A stretch of DNA of 46,841 nt from the IMG/VR virus record IMGVR_UViG_3300029867_000012, one strand, 5' to 3'. Positions 38,758-46,841 of the stretch are shown piece after piece. The translations under genes and the position numbers were made by a program. The DNA is from a virus. The first letter of the stretch is position 1; each line of letters starts with the position of its first letter. A model generated the notes under the pieces. That model did not search any database. It was given only the letters and a program-made list of their open reading frames with translations, and was not told the DNA's origin.

Positions 38758-40735
38758 AGACATTGTTAATCAAATAGCGCTAGTATTACCGACTCAGGTG
38801 GATGATTTTACCACGCAGATTTCGGTTAGTAGTTTAGTTCGCGTGGGCACTACTGCCACGGCGACCACCCCCACTGCGCATGGTCTGTCGGTAGGTAGTC
38901 AGGCAAATATAAACGGCGCTCAAACCCCAATCGTAATCATTGATATTGATAGGGTGGGAATTGTTGCAACACTGATTACTGAAACTGATCACGACATTAC
39001 TGAAAATGCCGGGTTCGATGTCCAAATTAGCGGTACTACAGAATCAGAATTTAACGGCACGTTTGAACTATTAAGCGTTCCGAATCGAAGAACATTAACA
39101 TTCATGGTTGACGACAGCGGGCCAATATCCGGCACCGGCTCACCATTGCTATTAAACGCCTCGAATATTTTCGCAACATATAACGGTCTACGACAAATAA
39201 CAGCAGTTCCCACCCCGACAACGTTTGAATACCTCGTAACTGATGGCATATTCACCCCGGCGAGTGGCACTATCGTTGCTAAAACTAGCCCGCGTGTGTC
39301 CACTGCTGTCACCTTTGACCGATTGTTGGAGGCTTACACTAAGCAAAACCCGGACGAAGCATGGTTATTTGTTGTCTTGGGCGATGCTTTAGCCAGTAAA
39401 AACCGGAACATTGATACTGACAGCACCGATAACCTGCAAATAGGGCACTATTTTAATCAGCGAATTATTCAAGCTGTTAATATATTCGTTTTTTTGCCCA
39501 CTACGGGCGAAATTTCTGGCGCAGAAGCGCGGGACCGATGCGAGGAATTATTAAAGCCGATCTGTAACAGCATTCTAGGATTTAGGTTCCCTAGTTTAGT
39601 AGAAAATAGCAACAACCCGTTAATGCTAACCGGGCATGGATTGCAGGCGTACAGTACAGCATTCTACGCCCACCAATATGTTTACGAGTCCACTATTCAG
39701 CTTGGGCAATCCGATGTGTTCGTGCCGGCTGATGACGTAGCGTTTAGATGTATCGACATGACCATGGGCTTGGATATCGGGACAGAAACTTTTAACACTT
39801 TAATAGATTTGGATGACCAACCCTACCAAGAAGTGATCCCCTCAAAAGGTATTTATTCAAGCAGCTTCGGCAACCCAACCGCATTGGATGACGCCAACGT
39901 AAGGGGCGCATTGATTCGCGTGAAATGGAACGTTCTAGAAGCTGTGCAGGGTGTTTATGACTTCTCGTCCATTGACACAGAGCGCGAAGAGATCACGAGT
40001 AGAGGCTTGGATTGGTCGTTAGCTATAATTGCGGGGGGAGACACGCCCGATTGGATGATCGATACCCTCGGTGTTGATTTTTTCGATATTACAACACCCA
40101 GCTTAGAGGATAAACGAGTTCCGAAAATGTGGGATTCGTCTATCCCCAACGACAAATTAAGATTATTGCTTTTTGCCTTGGCTGAAGAATACGGCGACGA
40201 TGATAGCCTAAGATTAGTCTATCAGCCACAGTACACAGTTAACGGCATTGAAGGCCATTTTAACGGCGTTACCGATAGCGAATTGCTTGGATTCGGTTTC
40301 ACTGCCGATGCTTGGGTTGATGGTACAATCGAAAACAGCAGGAATATTTCTGACGCGTTCGGCAATAAAAATTCAGCTGTAGAATTGCATTATATTTTAA
40401 GTACAACGGTTATTGCAGATCGAATCATCGATGAATTAACGGCTGACTCTACGCTAACTCAAGTGGGAATAGCGTCTTGGTGGTTGTCCGGTAAAACATC
40501 ATTCCAGCCGGATCTTATCACAAGCATGACGGCGTTTACTGGTGATAAATACGCGCAAGTGATCGGGCGCTCTGATCAAACATTCAGATTTGAGGATGAC
40601 GACTACACGACTATTTTCCCACAAGCTATGGGAATCGGTTTTAGATACATTGAAGCGTGGGAATTTGAATTTATTAACGATACGTTCCCAACAGAATTCG
40701 CAGATTTTAATACCTGGGCTGATGCCAATTTTTAA
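38747..40735 (+). CDS. Large neck-region structural protein with C-terminal glycoside-hydrolase-like (clan GH-A TIM barrel) domain
   Basis: 662 aa with a TTG start after GAGGGAAGGGG. The N-half has repeated 'HGL..G....I.G....(Y/F)NG.(F).(L)..VP...TF' modules. The C-half has 'IRVKWNVLEAVQGVYDFSSID...GLDWSLAIIAGGDTPDWM'. Confidence 0.6.
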   Translation: MKAKDIVNQIALVLPTQVDDFTTQISVSSLVRVGTTATATTPTAHGLSVGSQANINGAQTPIVIIDIDRVGIVATLITETDHDITENAGFDVQISGTTESEFNGTFELLSVPNRRTLTFMVDDSGPISGTGSPLLLNASNIFATYNGLRQITAVPTPTTFEYLVTDGIFTPASGTIVAKTSPRVSTAVTFDRLLEAYTKQNPDEAWLFVVLGDALASKNRNIDTDSTDNLQIGHYFNQRIIQAVNIFVFLPTTGEISGAEARDRCEELLKPICNSILGFRFPSLVENSNNPLMLTGHGLQAYSTAFYAHQYVYESTIQLGQSDVFVPADDVAFRCIDMTMGLDIGTETFNTLIDLDDQPYQEVIPSKGIYSSSFGNPTALDDANVRGALIRVKWNVLEAVQGVYDFSSIDTEREEITSRGLDWSLAIIAGGDTPDWMIDTLGVDFFDITTPSLEDKRVPKMWDSSIPNDKLRLLLFALAEEYGDDDSLRLVYQPQYTVNGIEGHFNGVTDSELLGFGFTADAWVDGTIENSRNISDAFGNKNSAVELHYILSTTVIADRIIDELTADSTLTQVGIASWWLSGKTSFQPDLITSMTAFTGDKYAQVIGRSDQTFRFEDDDYTTIFPQAMGIGFRYIEAWEFEFINDTFPTEFADFNTWADANF

Positions 40736-40747
40736 TAGCGAGGGGCT

Positions 40748-40939
40748 ATGAAATTACAAAAACTTAAAATTAACAGCGTGCCGGGTTACACTGGCACAGT
40801 CACTATTAAAACTAACTCTAACGGCATCCCGCTAGATAAATTTTGGCGTAACCGAATCAAAGAATCAGAGTTAGACAATTGCGTGGAGATCGTTAAGCCC
40901 TACGCCCCAAAAAAGAAGAAAGGAGATGAGGCCAAATGA
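40748..40939 (+). CDS. Hypothetical protein
   Basis: 63 aa with an ATGA overlap with the sheath gene. Confidence 0.6.
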   Translation: MKLQKLKINSVPGYTGTVTIKTNSNGIPLDKFWRNRIKESELDNCVEIVKPYAPKKKKGDEAK

Positions 40940-42486
40940 CCACTATTAATCAACCGAAAGTCACCACTAGCATCATTGCGGCAACGCAAGTAGTGGGTAA
41001 TACCGCGCAAAGAATCCTGTTTGTTGGGCAGAAAACAACCGGCACCGCTGGCACTGGCGCATTGTTTGAAAATATTGTCAATGGCGGCGCTGAGGATGCC
41101 TTATTTGGCAAGGATTCAATGCTTGCCACGCTAATTCGGGCGAATAAGGTTCGAAATCAGCAAGTCCAAGTCGATGCAATTGTGCTTAATGACGACGGTG
41201 GGGCAAGCGCTTCAGAGGGTATATTCACGATTACCGGGACGGCCACGGCAGACGGTGAACTATTTTTTACGGCTGGATCAGATCGCAATCATAAACATTC
41301 GGTTGCTGTCACTTCTGGCGACACCCCAACCGTTATTGGGGATGCGTTAGATGCTGTGATTTTGGCGGATCTTAATTCCCCCGTAACCTCAGTTAATGTG
41401 GTGGGCGTTGTGACGCTGACGGCTGTTAACGGGGGGACTTATGGTAATTCAATCCCTATCGCTATATCAGGAGAGGCTGAGGGCGTTAGCGTGGCTGTTA
41501 CCGGCATGACCGGCGGAGCCACTGACCCATCATTAACTGGTGTATTTGATCCTGCTGGGGATCGCAGGTATCAAGCCGTCGTTTGGCCGTATCCCAATGA
41601 CACAGCAGAGCTAAGGGCATTTTTAGACCCTCGGTTTAATGCTGATGGTGCGGTGCTTGACGGTGTAGGATTTACGGCAAGTAATGCTACTTTTTCTAAT
41701 TTAATCGCGCTAGGTGATGGGCTTAACAGTCAATCACTCGTTATTTTCGGTGGTAAACAAGAGAACACACAGAGTCTAAAAGGAGGCGAAATTGTTGAAA
41801 TCCCTATGGTTAAAGCTGCGCAATTTGCTGGTTATCGCGGCCTGCGTCTTGATACTGACGGTTTTAGCATTGCTGACCTGGTTATTTCAGCAAACGGCCC
41901 GCTTGATGCGTTTGGTGGTCCGGCGCTTGCGTCCAAACCCTACTTTAACACCCCATTTGCCGATCTCTCGCCAATCGTGCCCGGGCGCGGATTTGATGCC
42001 GCTGAGATCGAATCACTAAAAGATTCAGGCATTACTGTACTCGGTAATAACCTGGGTGCCACTGGCATTATCGCGGGCGAAGTGGTGACGACTTATAAAA
42101 CCGACGCCGCATCTAATCCTGATATAACGTTTACTTTTTTGAACTATGTGGATACAGCAAGCCAAGCGCGGGAATATCTTTCTAATAATTACCGTAGTCG
42201 ATTCGGTCAGTCTCGATTAAACAACGGAGACCTTAAGAAAGGGCGTGATAGCGCTAACGCTGTTGTGATGCGGTCATTTTCAAAACGACTTTATCAGGAC
42301 TTAAGCGGGGTTAACTTCGTTTTACTTGAGTCTGGCGAAGAAGCGTTGAATTTTTTCAACGATAATTTAATTATCGTGATTGATAAGCCGTTGGGTAAAA
42401 TCACTACACAAATGACTGTCCCTATCGTCACTCAAACCCGCGAAATAATCACCACCATGAAAATTGCGTTTAGTACTGACGCTTAA
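40936..42486 (+). CDS. Tail sheath protein
   Basis: 516 aa. It is followed by a 129-aa tube-sized gene, the chaperone and the tape measure, which is the canonical myovirus order. Confidence 0.65.
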   Translation: MTTINQPKVTTSIIAATQVVGNTAQRILFVGQKTTGTAGTGALFENIVNGGAEDALFGKDSMLATLIRANKVRNQQVQVDAIVLNDDGGASASEGIFTITGTATADGELFFTAGSDRNHKHSVAVTSGDTPTVIGDALDAVILADLNSPVTSVNVVGVVTLTAVNGGTYGNSIPIAISGEAEGVSVAVTGMTGGATDPSLTGVFDPAGDRRYQAVVWPYPNDTAELRAFLDPRFNADGAVLDGVGFTASNATFSNLIALGDGLNSQSLVIFGGKQENTQSLKGGEIVEIPMVKAAQFAGYRGLRLDTDGFSIADLVISANGPLDAFGGPALASKPYFNTPFADLSPIVPGRGFDAAEIESLKDSGITVLGNNLGATGIIAGEVVTTYKTDAASNPDITFTFLNYVDTASQAREYLSNNYRSRFGQSRLNNGDLKKGRDSANAVVMRSFSKRLYQDLSGVNFVLLESGEEALNFFNDNLIIVIDKPLGKITTQMTVPIVTQTREIITTMKIAFSTDA

Positions 42487-42500
42487 AAGGAGCCGAGAAA

Positions 42501-42890
42501 ATGGCAACACAATTAAATGACATCACGATCCTTGTTAACAATGTCGCTGTAGCGTACACCGCCGATTCTCTGAAATGGAAAGACGGTTCCGGCGTTTATA
42601 GCGTAAGAAATGCTGTAATAGGCGGGGGAGAAACAGAGCAGGTTTTCAGTAAAGACTTGGCTTCTAAGTTTGGAGCGGTAGCATTTTCAATGCCTACCAC
42701 TGAAGAAAACGAGGCCAACAAACGAGCCTGGAAACTCAACGACAATAATAATGTGGTTGAATTGATCGGCCCCGCTTCTGGTTCTTTTACTAAAATATTC
42801 ACCGAAGCATCTATTTTAGAAGACCCTGAATCCAACGCCGCCACGGACGGCAACATTGAGATAGATTTTAATTCCAATCCAGCACAATAA
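42501..42890 (+). CDS. Tail tube protein
   Basis: 129 aa. Called on position, with AAGGAG SD upstream. Confidence 0.55.
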   Translation: MATQLNDITILVNNVAVAYTADSLKWKDGSGVYSVRNAVIGGGETEQVFSKDLASKFGAVAFSMPTTEENEANKRAWKLNDNNNVVELIGPASGSFTKIFTEASILEDPESNAATDGNIEIDFNSNPAQ

Positions 42891-42912
42891 CAGCAATTAG
42901 CAAGGTCGAAAT

Positions 42913-43371
42913 ATGAATGAGTGTAACTATGAATTAAAGCACCCTTTTAAATACGCTAACAAAGGGGAACAGGTGGACGCGGTTTTTATTACGTTATTCG
43001 CCCCCTCTTTTAAGCATATCGATAAAGTGGCTCCAATTAAGCAGGCTTTCACCGCCGCTCTTACTGACACGGTAAGCGACGTTAATGTTGATGAAGTAGA
43101 GGCAACGGAGCCGGAAGAAGGGGACGAGCTGATAACTCCCGCTCAAGCTATCCAAGTTTTATACCGGGCAAACGCTGATATTACTAAGGTGTTTTTACAC
43201 GCTCAAGAGCTGTTTAAATCAGGCGCTGCACTTGTCGATGGCGAGTCAAAATTAACCACCCCCTTGATGGAAAAGATGCATCTTGATGATTTTGAGGGGT
43301 TGGTAGGTGCCTACCTCGGAAATTTTATAGCACCATCCCTGATGGGTGGAGACGAGACCAACACAGACTAG
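42913..43371 (+). CDS. Tail assembly chaperone (G-like product)
   Basis: 152 aa, acidic, directly upstream of the tape measure. Contains a slippery heptamer near its 3' end. Confidence 0.6.
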   Translation: MNECNYELKHPFKYANKGEQVDAVFITLFAPSFKHIDKVAPIKQAFTAALTDTVSDVNVDEVEATEPEEGDELITPAQAIQVLYRANADITKVFLHAQELFKSGAALVDGESKLTTPLMEKMHLDDFEGLVGAYLGNFIAPSLMGGDETNTD

Positions 43372-43514
43372 AAATGTGTAAGCTAGCCGCCTTTTTTGAA
43401 GGCGGTATCACTTATGGCGAATTAGTCGAAATGCCTATTGGCGAGTTTAACGAGGTCGTTAAGTGCGCCAACGAAATCCAGCGGTTGCGCGATATTGAGA
43501 TGAAGAAAAAATGA
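43320..43514 (+). other. Predicted -1 programmed frameshift site (A AAT TTT) and -1 frame extension (GT-like product)
   Basis: The heptamer at 43320-26 is in X XXY YYZ phase. The -1 frame is open from 43296 to the TGA at 43512-14, which overlaps the tape-measure ATG. Confidence 0.5.
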
Positions 43515-45172
43515 CAAACAAAGTCAGTTTTATAATTCAGTTTAAGGACAAGTTTAGCCGCACGGCCTCAGATTTAAACCGAAGTTTTAAAAAAATAGAT
43601 CGCAATGCCGCCGCCGCTGGGCTTCGAATTAAAAAAATGTCCGCCCGATCTAGTTCAAGCATTAAACGGCTAGCGACCACTGCAAAAGTTCAATTTGCAA
43701 AAATGTCAGTGGCGATACGGAAAGTTAATTTTTCTAATATCGAGCGTGGTGCTAAACGCGCCACAGATCGACTAAAAGAGCTAGGTAAACGTGGCGAGAA
43801 TATCCGTAAAATCGGTAAAGGAATTGCCGGCGCAGGGTTGGCCGCCACCGCCACCATCACCCTTCCAGCTGTATTGATTGGAAAATCATTAGTAACCGCT
43901 GCGAGTGATGCCACCGAAACCACGAATAAATTTAATACCGTTTTCGAGAAGGTGAAAGATAAAGCCAATTCGGTTGCCAGCGCATTTGCCAAAAGTTTTG
44001 GTGTTGCTGAATCTACGTCTAGAAAACTAATAGGCGCTACTGGAGACTTGTTAGTAGGTCTGGGCATGACCGAGAAAGGATCGCTAGGCATGTCTAAGCA
44101 AGTGGTGGAATTGGCCGCTGACCTTGCATCATTTCAAAACTTAGAGGGCGGCACTGCTGACGCTGCGGACAGACTTACAAAAGCTCTCACGGGGGAAACA
44201 GAAAGCCTAAAAATGATAGGCATTGTCATTCGACAAGACACCAAAGAATTTAAGCAATTAGTAAAGCAGACGATGTTTTCCCAGCGCGTCTCAAGGCAAG
44301 CGGCAAAAGCCCAAGTTATTCTAGCTGAGGCGGTTAAGCAGAGTAAAAAAGCGATTGGTGATGTGGCTAGAACTTGGATGGATTACGCCAATGTTGTGCG
44401 CCGCGCAAGTGAAAAAAACAAAGAATTAAAAGAAGCGTTTGGCCTACATTTAATCCCTCTCGCTACGTTACTGAGCCATGCTTTTACTAAACTCGCAGAC
44501 GTTCTTATTAATCTATCGCCTAACACACAGAAATTCTTAATAACATTCGCGGGTCTCTTGGCAATAGCTGGGCCGTTAGTCGTGATTATCGGCGGCTTAA
44601 TCGTGGCATTTAGTTTTGCCTCGGCAACCGTGTTGCTGGTAGGCGGAGCAATTCTGGCGCTTATTGCTGGGATAGCATTGCTTATTGTCCACTGGAAAAA
44701 AGTTACGCAATTTATGGCCGATAGCATGAACATCGCTGCGGCAATAGCAATTGGGGCTATTGTCGGTGTTATCTTGATGTGGAAGAGTTTTAAGTCTTCG
44801 ATAATGGAAATAATCGACGCGGTGGGCGATGCGTTCACAGCTTTATGGGAAGGCCGTTTTATCGAGTCTATAAAACTAGCTGTTAACGCGGGCATTCTGA
44901 TTTTAAATAAACTAATTACCCCCTTTCGGTTAATGTCGGGATTGCTAGGATTCGACAACGTTAAAATTCCATCGTTGGACGTGGGCGGCGCTCATGCTCA
45001 AGCATTGGCGGCTAATGATGCTACAGCACCCACGGCACCTATTGGCGCGGCTAAAGGAACTCTAAGCGGGCAAATAACAGTAGCGGCGGCCCCTGGCTCT
45101 GAAGTTAAATCAACCAAGCTAACAAATAATGGTAGCGGATTAAATGTTGGCATGAATATGAGGGCTTTGTAA
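43511..45172 (+). CDS. Tape measure protein
   Basis: 553 aa. It has a helical A/K-rich N-half and hydrophobic segments in the C-half, and sits after the chaperone. Confidence 0.8.
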   Translation: MTNKVSFIIQFKDKFSRTASDLNRSFKKIDRNAAAAGLRIKKMSARSSSSIKRLATTAKVQFAKMSVAIRKVNFSNIERGAKRATDRLKELGKRGENIRKIGKGIAGAGLAATATITLPAVLIGKSLVTAASDATETTNKFNTVFEKVKDKANSVASAFAKSFGVAESTSRKLIGATGDLLVGLGMTEKGSLGMSKQVVELAADLASFQNLEGGTADAADRLTKALTGETESLKMIGIVIRQDTKEFKQLVKQTMFSQRVSRQAAKAQVILAEAVKQSKKAIGDVARTWMDYANVVRRASEKNKELKEAFGLHLIPLATLLSHAFTKLADVLINLSPNTQKFLITFAGLLAIAGPLVVIIGGLIVAFSFASATVLLVGGAILALIAGIALLIVHWKKVTQFMADSMNIAAAIAIGAIVGVILMWKSFKSSIMEIIDAVGDAFTALWEGRFIESIKLAVNAGILILNKLITPFRLMSGLLGFDNVKIPSLDVGGAHAQALAANDATAPTAPIGAAKGTLSGQITVAAAPGSEVKSTKLTNNGSGLNVGMNMRAL

Positions 45173-46407
45173 TGGCTGATGAGGGGAAGATACTAAACGG
45201 GTTTTATAAAACTATACCCATCGCCATGCGTTCTGGCAGTGTCGCGGGTGGGCGTAAGTCCGTTGTTAAGCAGTTTCCTAATCGAGACACCCAGTCAGTT
45301 GAGGATTTAGGGTTACAGCCTCGCAAATATTCACTTGAAATCATTGTTAGGGATACCACAGACGCCGAATACTTTAGCTACCGTGACACACTTTTAGCAG
45401 TCCTCGAACAGCAGGGACCAGGCGAGTTAATTCACCCGCTTTATGGTCGTGTCGATAATGTCATTGCGATCAATTACACGATAAGTGAAAACTTTAACTC
45501 GTTTGGCGACACGATTGTTAGTGTCAATTTTGAGGTTGATAACAGCACCGGCATTCCTCAAGGAACTGATAACGTAGGGCCTCAAATAGCCACGGCTAAT
45601 AGCGCTGTTCAATCGGCAGTTAATGCGGATATTGTCGAAAATTACAAAGTTAGCAATGAGTTCGTTGGTAATTTCCAGGCCGCTGTTGATAAAGTGGAGG
45701 CTGTTATTGAAACGGCTAGAGAGTCCACAGCGTTTATTGGTGAAGCGGCGCAGACATTAAACGAATTTAGCGCCGAGTTAGGTCAGCTTTCGGCAGACGT
45801 TAATAGCTTAGTATCTGACCCGCTTGCGTTGGCCGATGCGTTCACAGGATTATTTGAAAGCGTTAATGGTCTCTATGCTTCTGCAAGCGCTACGTTTGAC
45901 ACGTTCTTAGGTTTCTTCGGATTTGGTGATGGCGATCTAGAAATAAAACAGGACACGGTGGGCCGAATAGAACGACAAACAAACAAAGAAGTTCTCAATG
46001 GGGCGGTGGCCGCGTCGGCCCTTGGTTACGCTTTTTTAGCCGTTACCAATATTGATTTTGAAACTGTCCGCGAGATTGATGAGGTAACCGCCGAGCTAGA
46101 CGCCCAATACGAATTAGTGTTGACCGGACTTGCAGTGAACGCGGCTTCTGACAGCCAGCCTACCGTTGGCGCTTCTCAAGATGTAATCGATTCGATAACA
46201 GAAATGCGTGTAAAAGTATTGGGGGCGCTGGATGACATTCGAGTCAATACTAGTCAGATCGTAAGCGTTCACACAAACCCCACCACGGCCCGATTACTTG
46301 GATACACATATTATGGCAATGACGAAGAGGGGCAAGCCCTGGTGGACCTGAATGGCTTTACTGACGTGTCATTCGTAGAGGGAACTGTTGAGGTATTAAC
46401 CGCATGA
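45172..46407 (+). CDS. DNA circulation protein (Mu gp43-like)
   Basis: 'GGRKSVVKQFPNRDTQSVEDLGLQPRKYSLEIIV...GPGELIHPLYG' matches the DNA_circ_N signature. Confidence 0.75.
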   Translation: MADEGKILNGFYKTIPIAMRSGSVAGGRKSVVKQFPNRDTQSVEDLGLQPRKYSLEIIVRDTTDAEYFSYRDTLLAVLEQQGPGELIHPLYGRVDNVIAINYTISENFNSFGDTIVSVNFEVDNSTGIPQGTDNVGPQIATANSAVQSAVNADIVENYKVSNEFVGNFQAAVDKVEAVIETARESTAFIGEAAQTLNEFSAELGQLSADVNSLVSDPLALADAFTGLFESVNGLYASASATFDTFLGFFGFGDGDLEIKQDTVGRIERQTNKEVLNGAVAASALGYAFLAVTNIDFETVREIDEVTAELDAQYELVLTGLAVNAASDSQPTVGASQDVIDSITEMRVKVLGALDDIRVNTSQIVSVHTNPTTARLLGYTYYGNDEEGQALVDLNGFTDVSFVEGTVEVLTA

Positions 46408-46841
46408 TGTTAGAAGTAAACGGTGTTCAATACACGGATTTCGTGTCTGGCAATTGCGAAATCCATCTGGACGCTTTGAGCAATTCTTTTAATTTTGAAA
46501 CTGTCATGACGGACGGCCAAGCGTTGCCATTCAAGGGCGGTGAAGCGTGCAAAGTGATCGTTGATGGTGAAACCGTTTTAACAGGTTTTATCGAAGTAAT
46601 AGACGTGGATTATGACGGTGAAAGCCACTCTGTAAGCATTAGCGGACGCGATAAAACCGCCGATGTGCTGGATAGCACTATCGATTTAAAAAGCAAGGAT
46701 ACCGGCGAAGGCGGGCAGGACGATATTCGTGGAGAGGGGCTGTCTTTAAAATCTCTAATTGAGATAGTAATAAATCACCTTGGCATAGACATAACCGTCA
46801 TTGATGAAGTTGGCCCGCCTTTATTTAACGGGGCAGAAGAC
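46404..46841 (+). CDS. Baseplate hub protein, N-terminal part (continues at nt 120 after collapsing the overlap)
   Basis: ATGA overlap with the upstream gene. The ORF runs off the window end in the same frame as 1-797. Confidence 0.7.
   Translation, partial: MMLEVNGVQYTDFVSGNCEIHLDALSNSFNFETVMTDGQALPFKGGEACKVIVDGETVLTGFIEVIDVDYDGESHSVSISGRDKTADVLDSTIDLKSKDTGEGGQDDIRGEGLSLKSLIEIVINHLGIDITVIDEVGPPLFNGAED
46723..46841. repeat. Terminal direct repeat, copy 2
   Basis: Identical to 1-119. Confidence 0.9.

Overview
This window is a complete, circularly closed genome of a tailed dsDNA phage. Nt 1-119 are repeated exactly at 46723-46841, so the unique length is 46,722 bp. The baseplate-hub gene (46404 -> 797) reads in frame across the junction. 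Gene content indicates a contractile-tailed phage. It has terS/terL, a DUF1073-type portal, a MuF-like head protein, a DUF2213-like scaffold/protease, a DUF2184-like major capsid protein, neck proteins, sheath, tube, a frameshifted chaperone and a tape measure. A Mu-like block follows (DNA-circulation protein, gp44/45/46/47/48 homologues), then a tail fibre and a GH108 endolysin lysis cassette. There are four transcription blocks in two divergent pairs: (1) late genes on + (24193 -> junction -> 7195); (2) an early block on - (14596 -> 7239) with Erf, YqaJ-type exonuclease, SSB and many tiny ORFs; (3) a replication/recombination block on + (14743 -> 20129); (4) an accessory block on - (24060 -> 20143) of small unknown proteins. 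I saw no integrase, CI-type repressor, transposase, reverse transcriptase, tRNA, rRNA or CRISPR array. All family assignments come from my memory of family signatures plus synteny; no search was run. The most unusual content is listed here. (a) Two GGTCTN hexanucleotide arrays (19190-19573) encode two tandem X-Ser dipeptide-repeat ORFs and are also open antisense as an (Asp-X)n/(Pro-Arg)n ORF. (b) A 364-bp ORF-free segment (18465-18828) carries palindromes, 6-7 direct CCGAMT repeats and an AT-rich tract. (c) An array of near-identical sigma70-promoter/5'UTR cassettes each drives a small, mostly acidic protein (22854-24142). (d) Several conserved intergenic boxes recur through the early block. 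(e) A PD-(D/E)XK nuclease has its conserved N-terminus upstream of any canonical start codon and in frame with the preceding gene across a single TAA. (f) Five genes sit between terL and portal, one containing 21-aa tandem repeats. (g) The structural module contains paralogue families and a glycoside-hydrolase-like domain fused to a neck-region protein.
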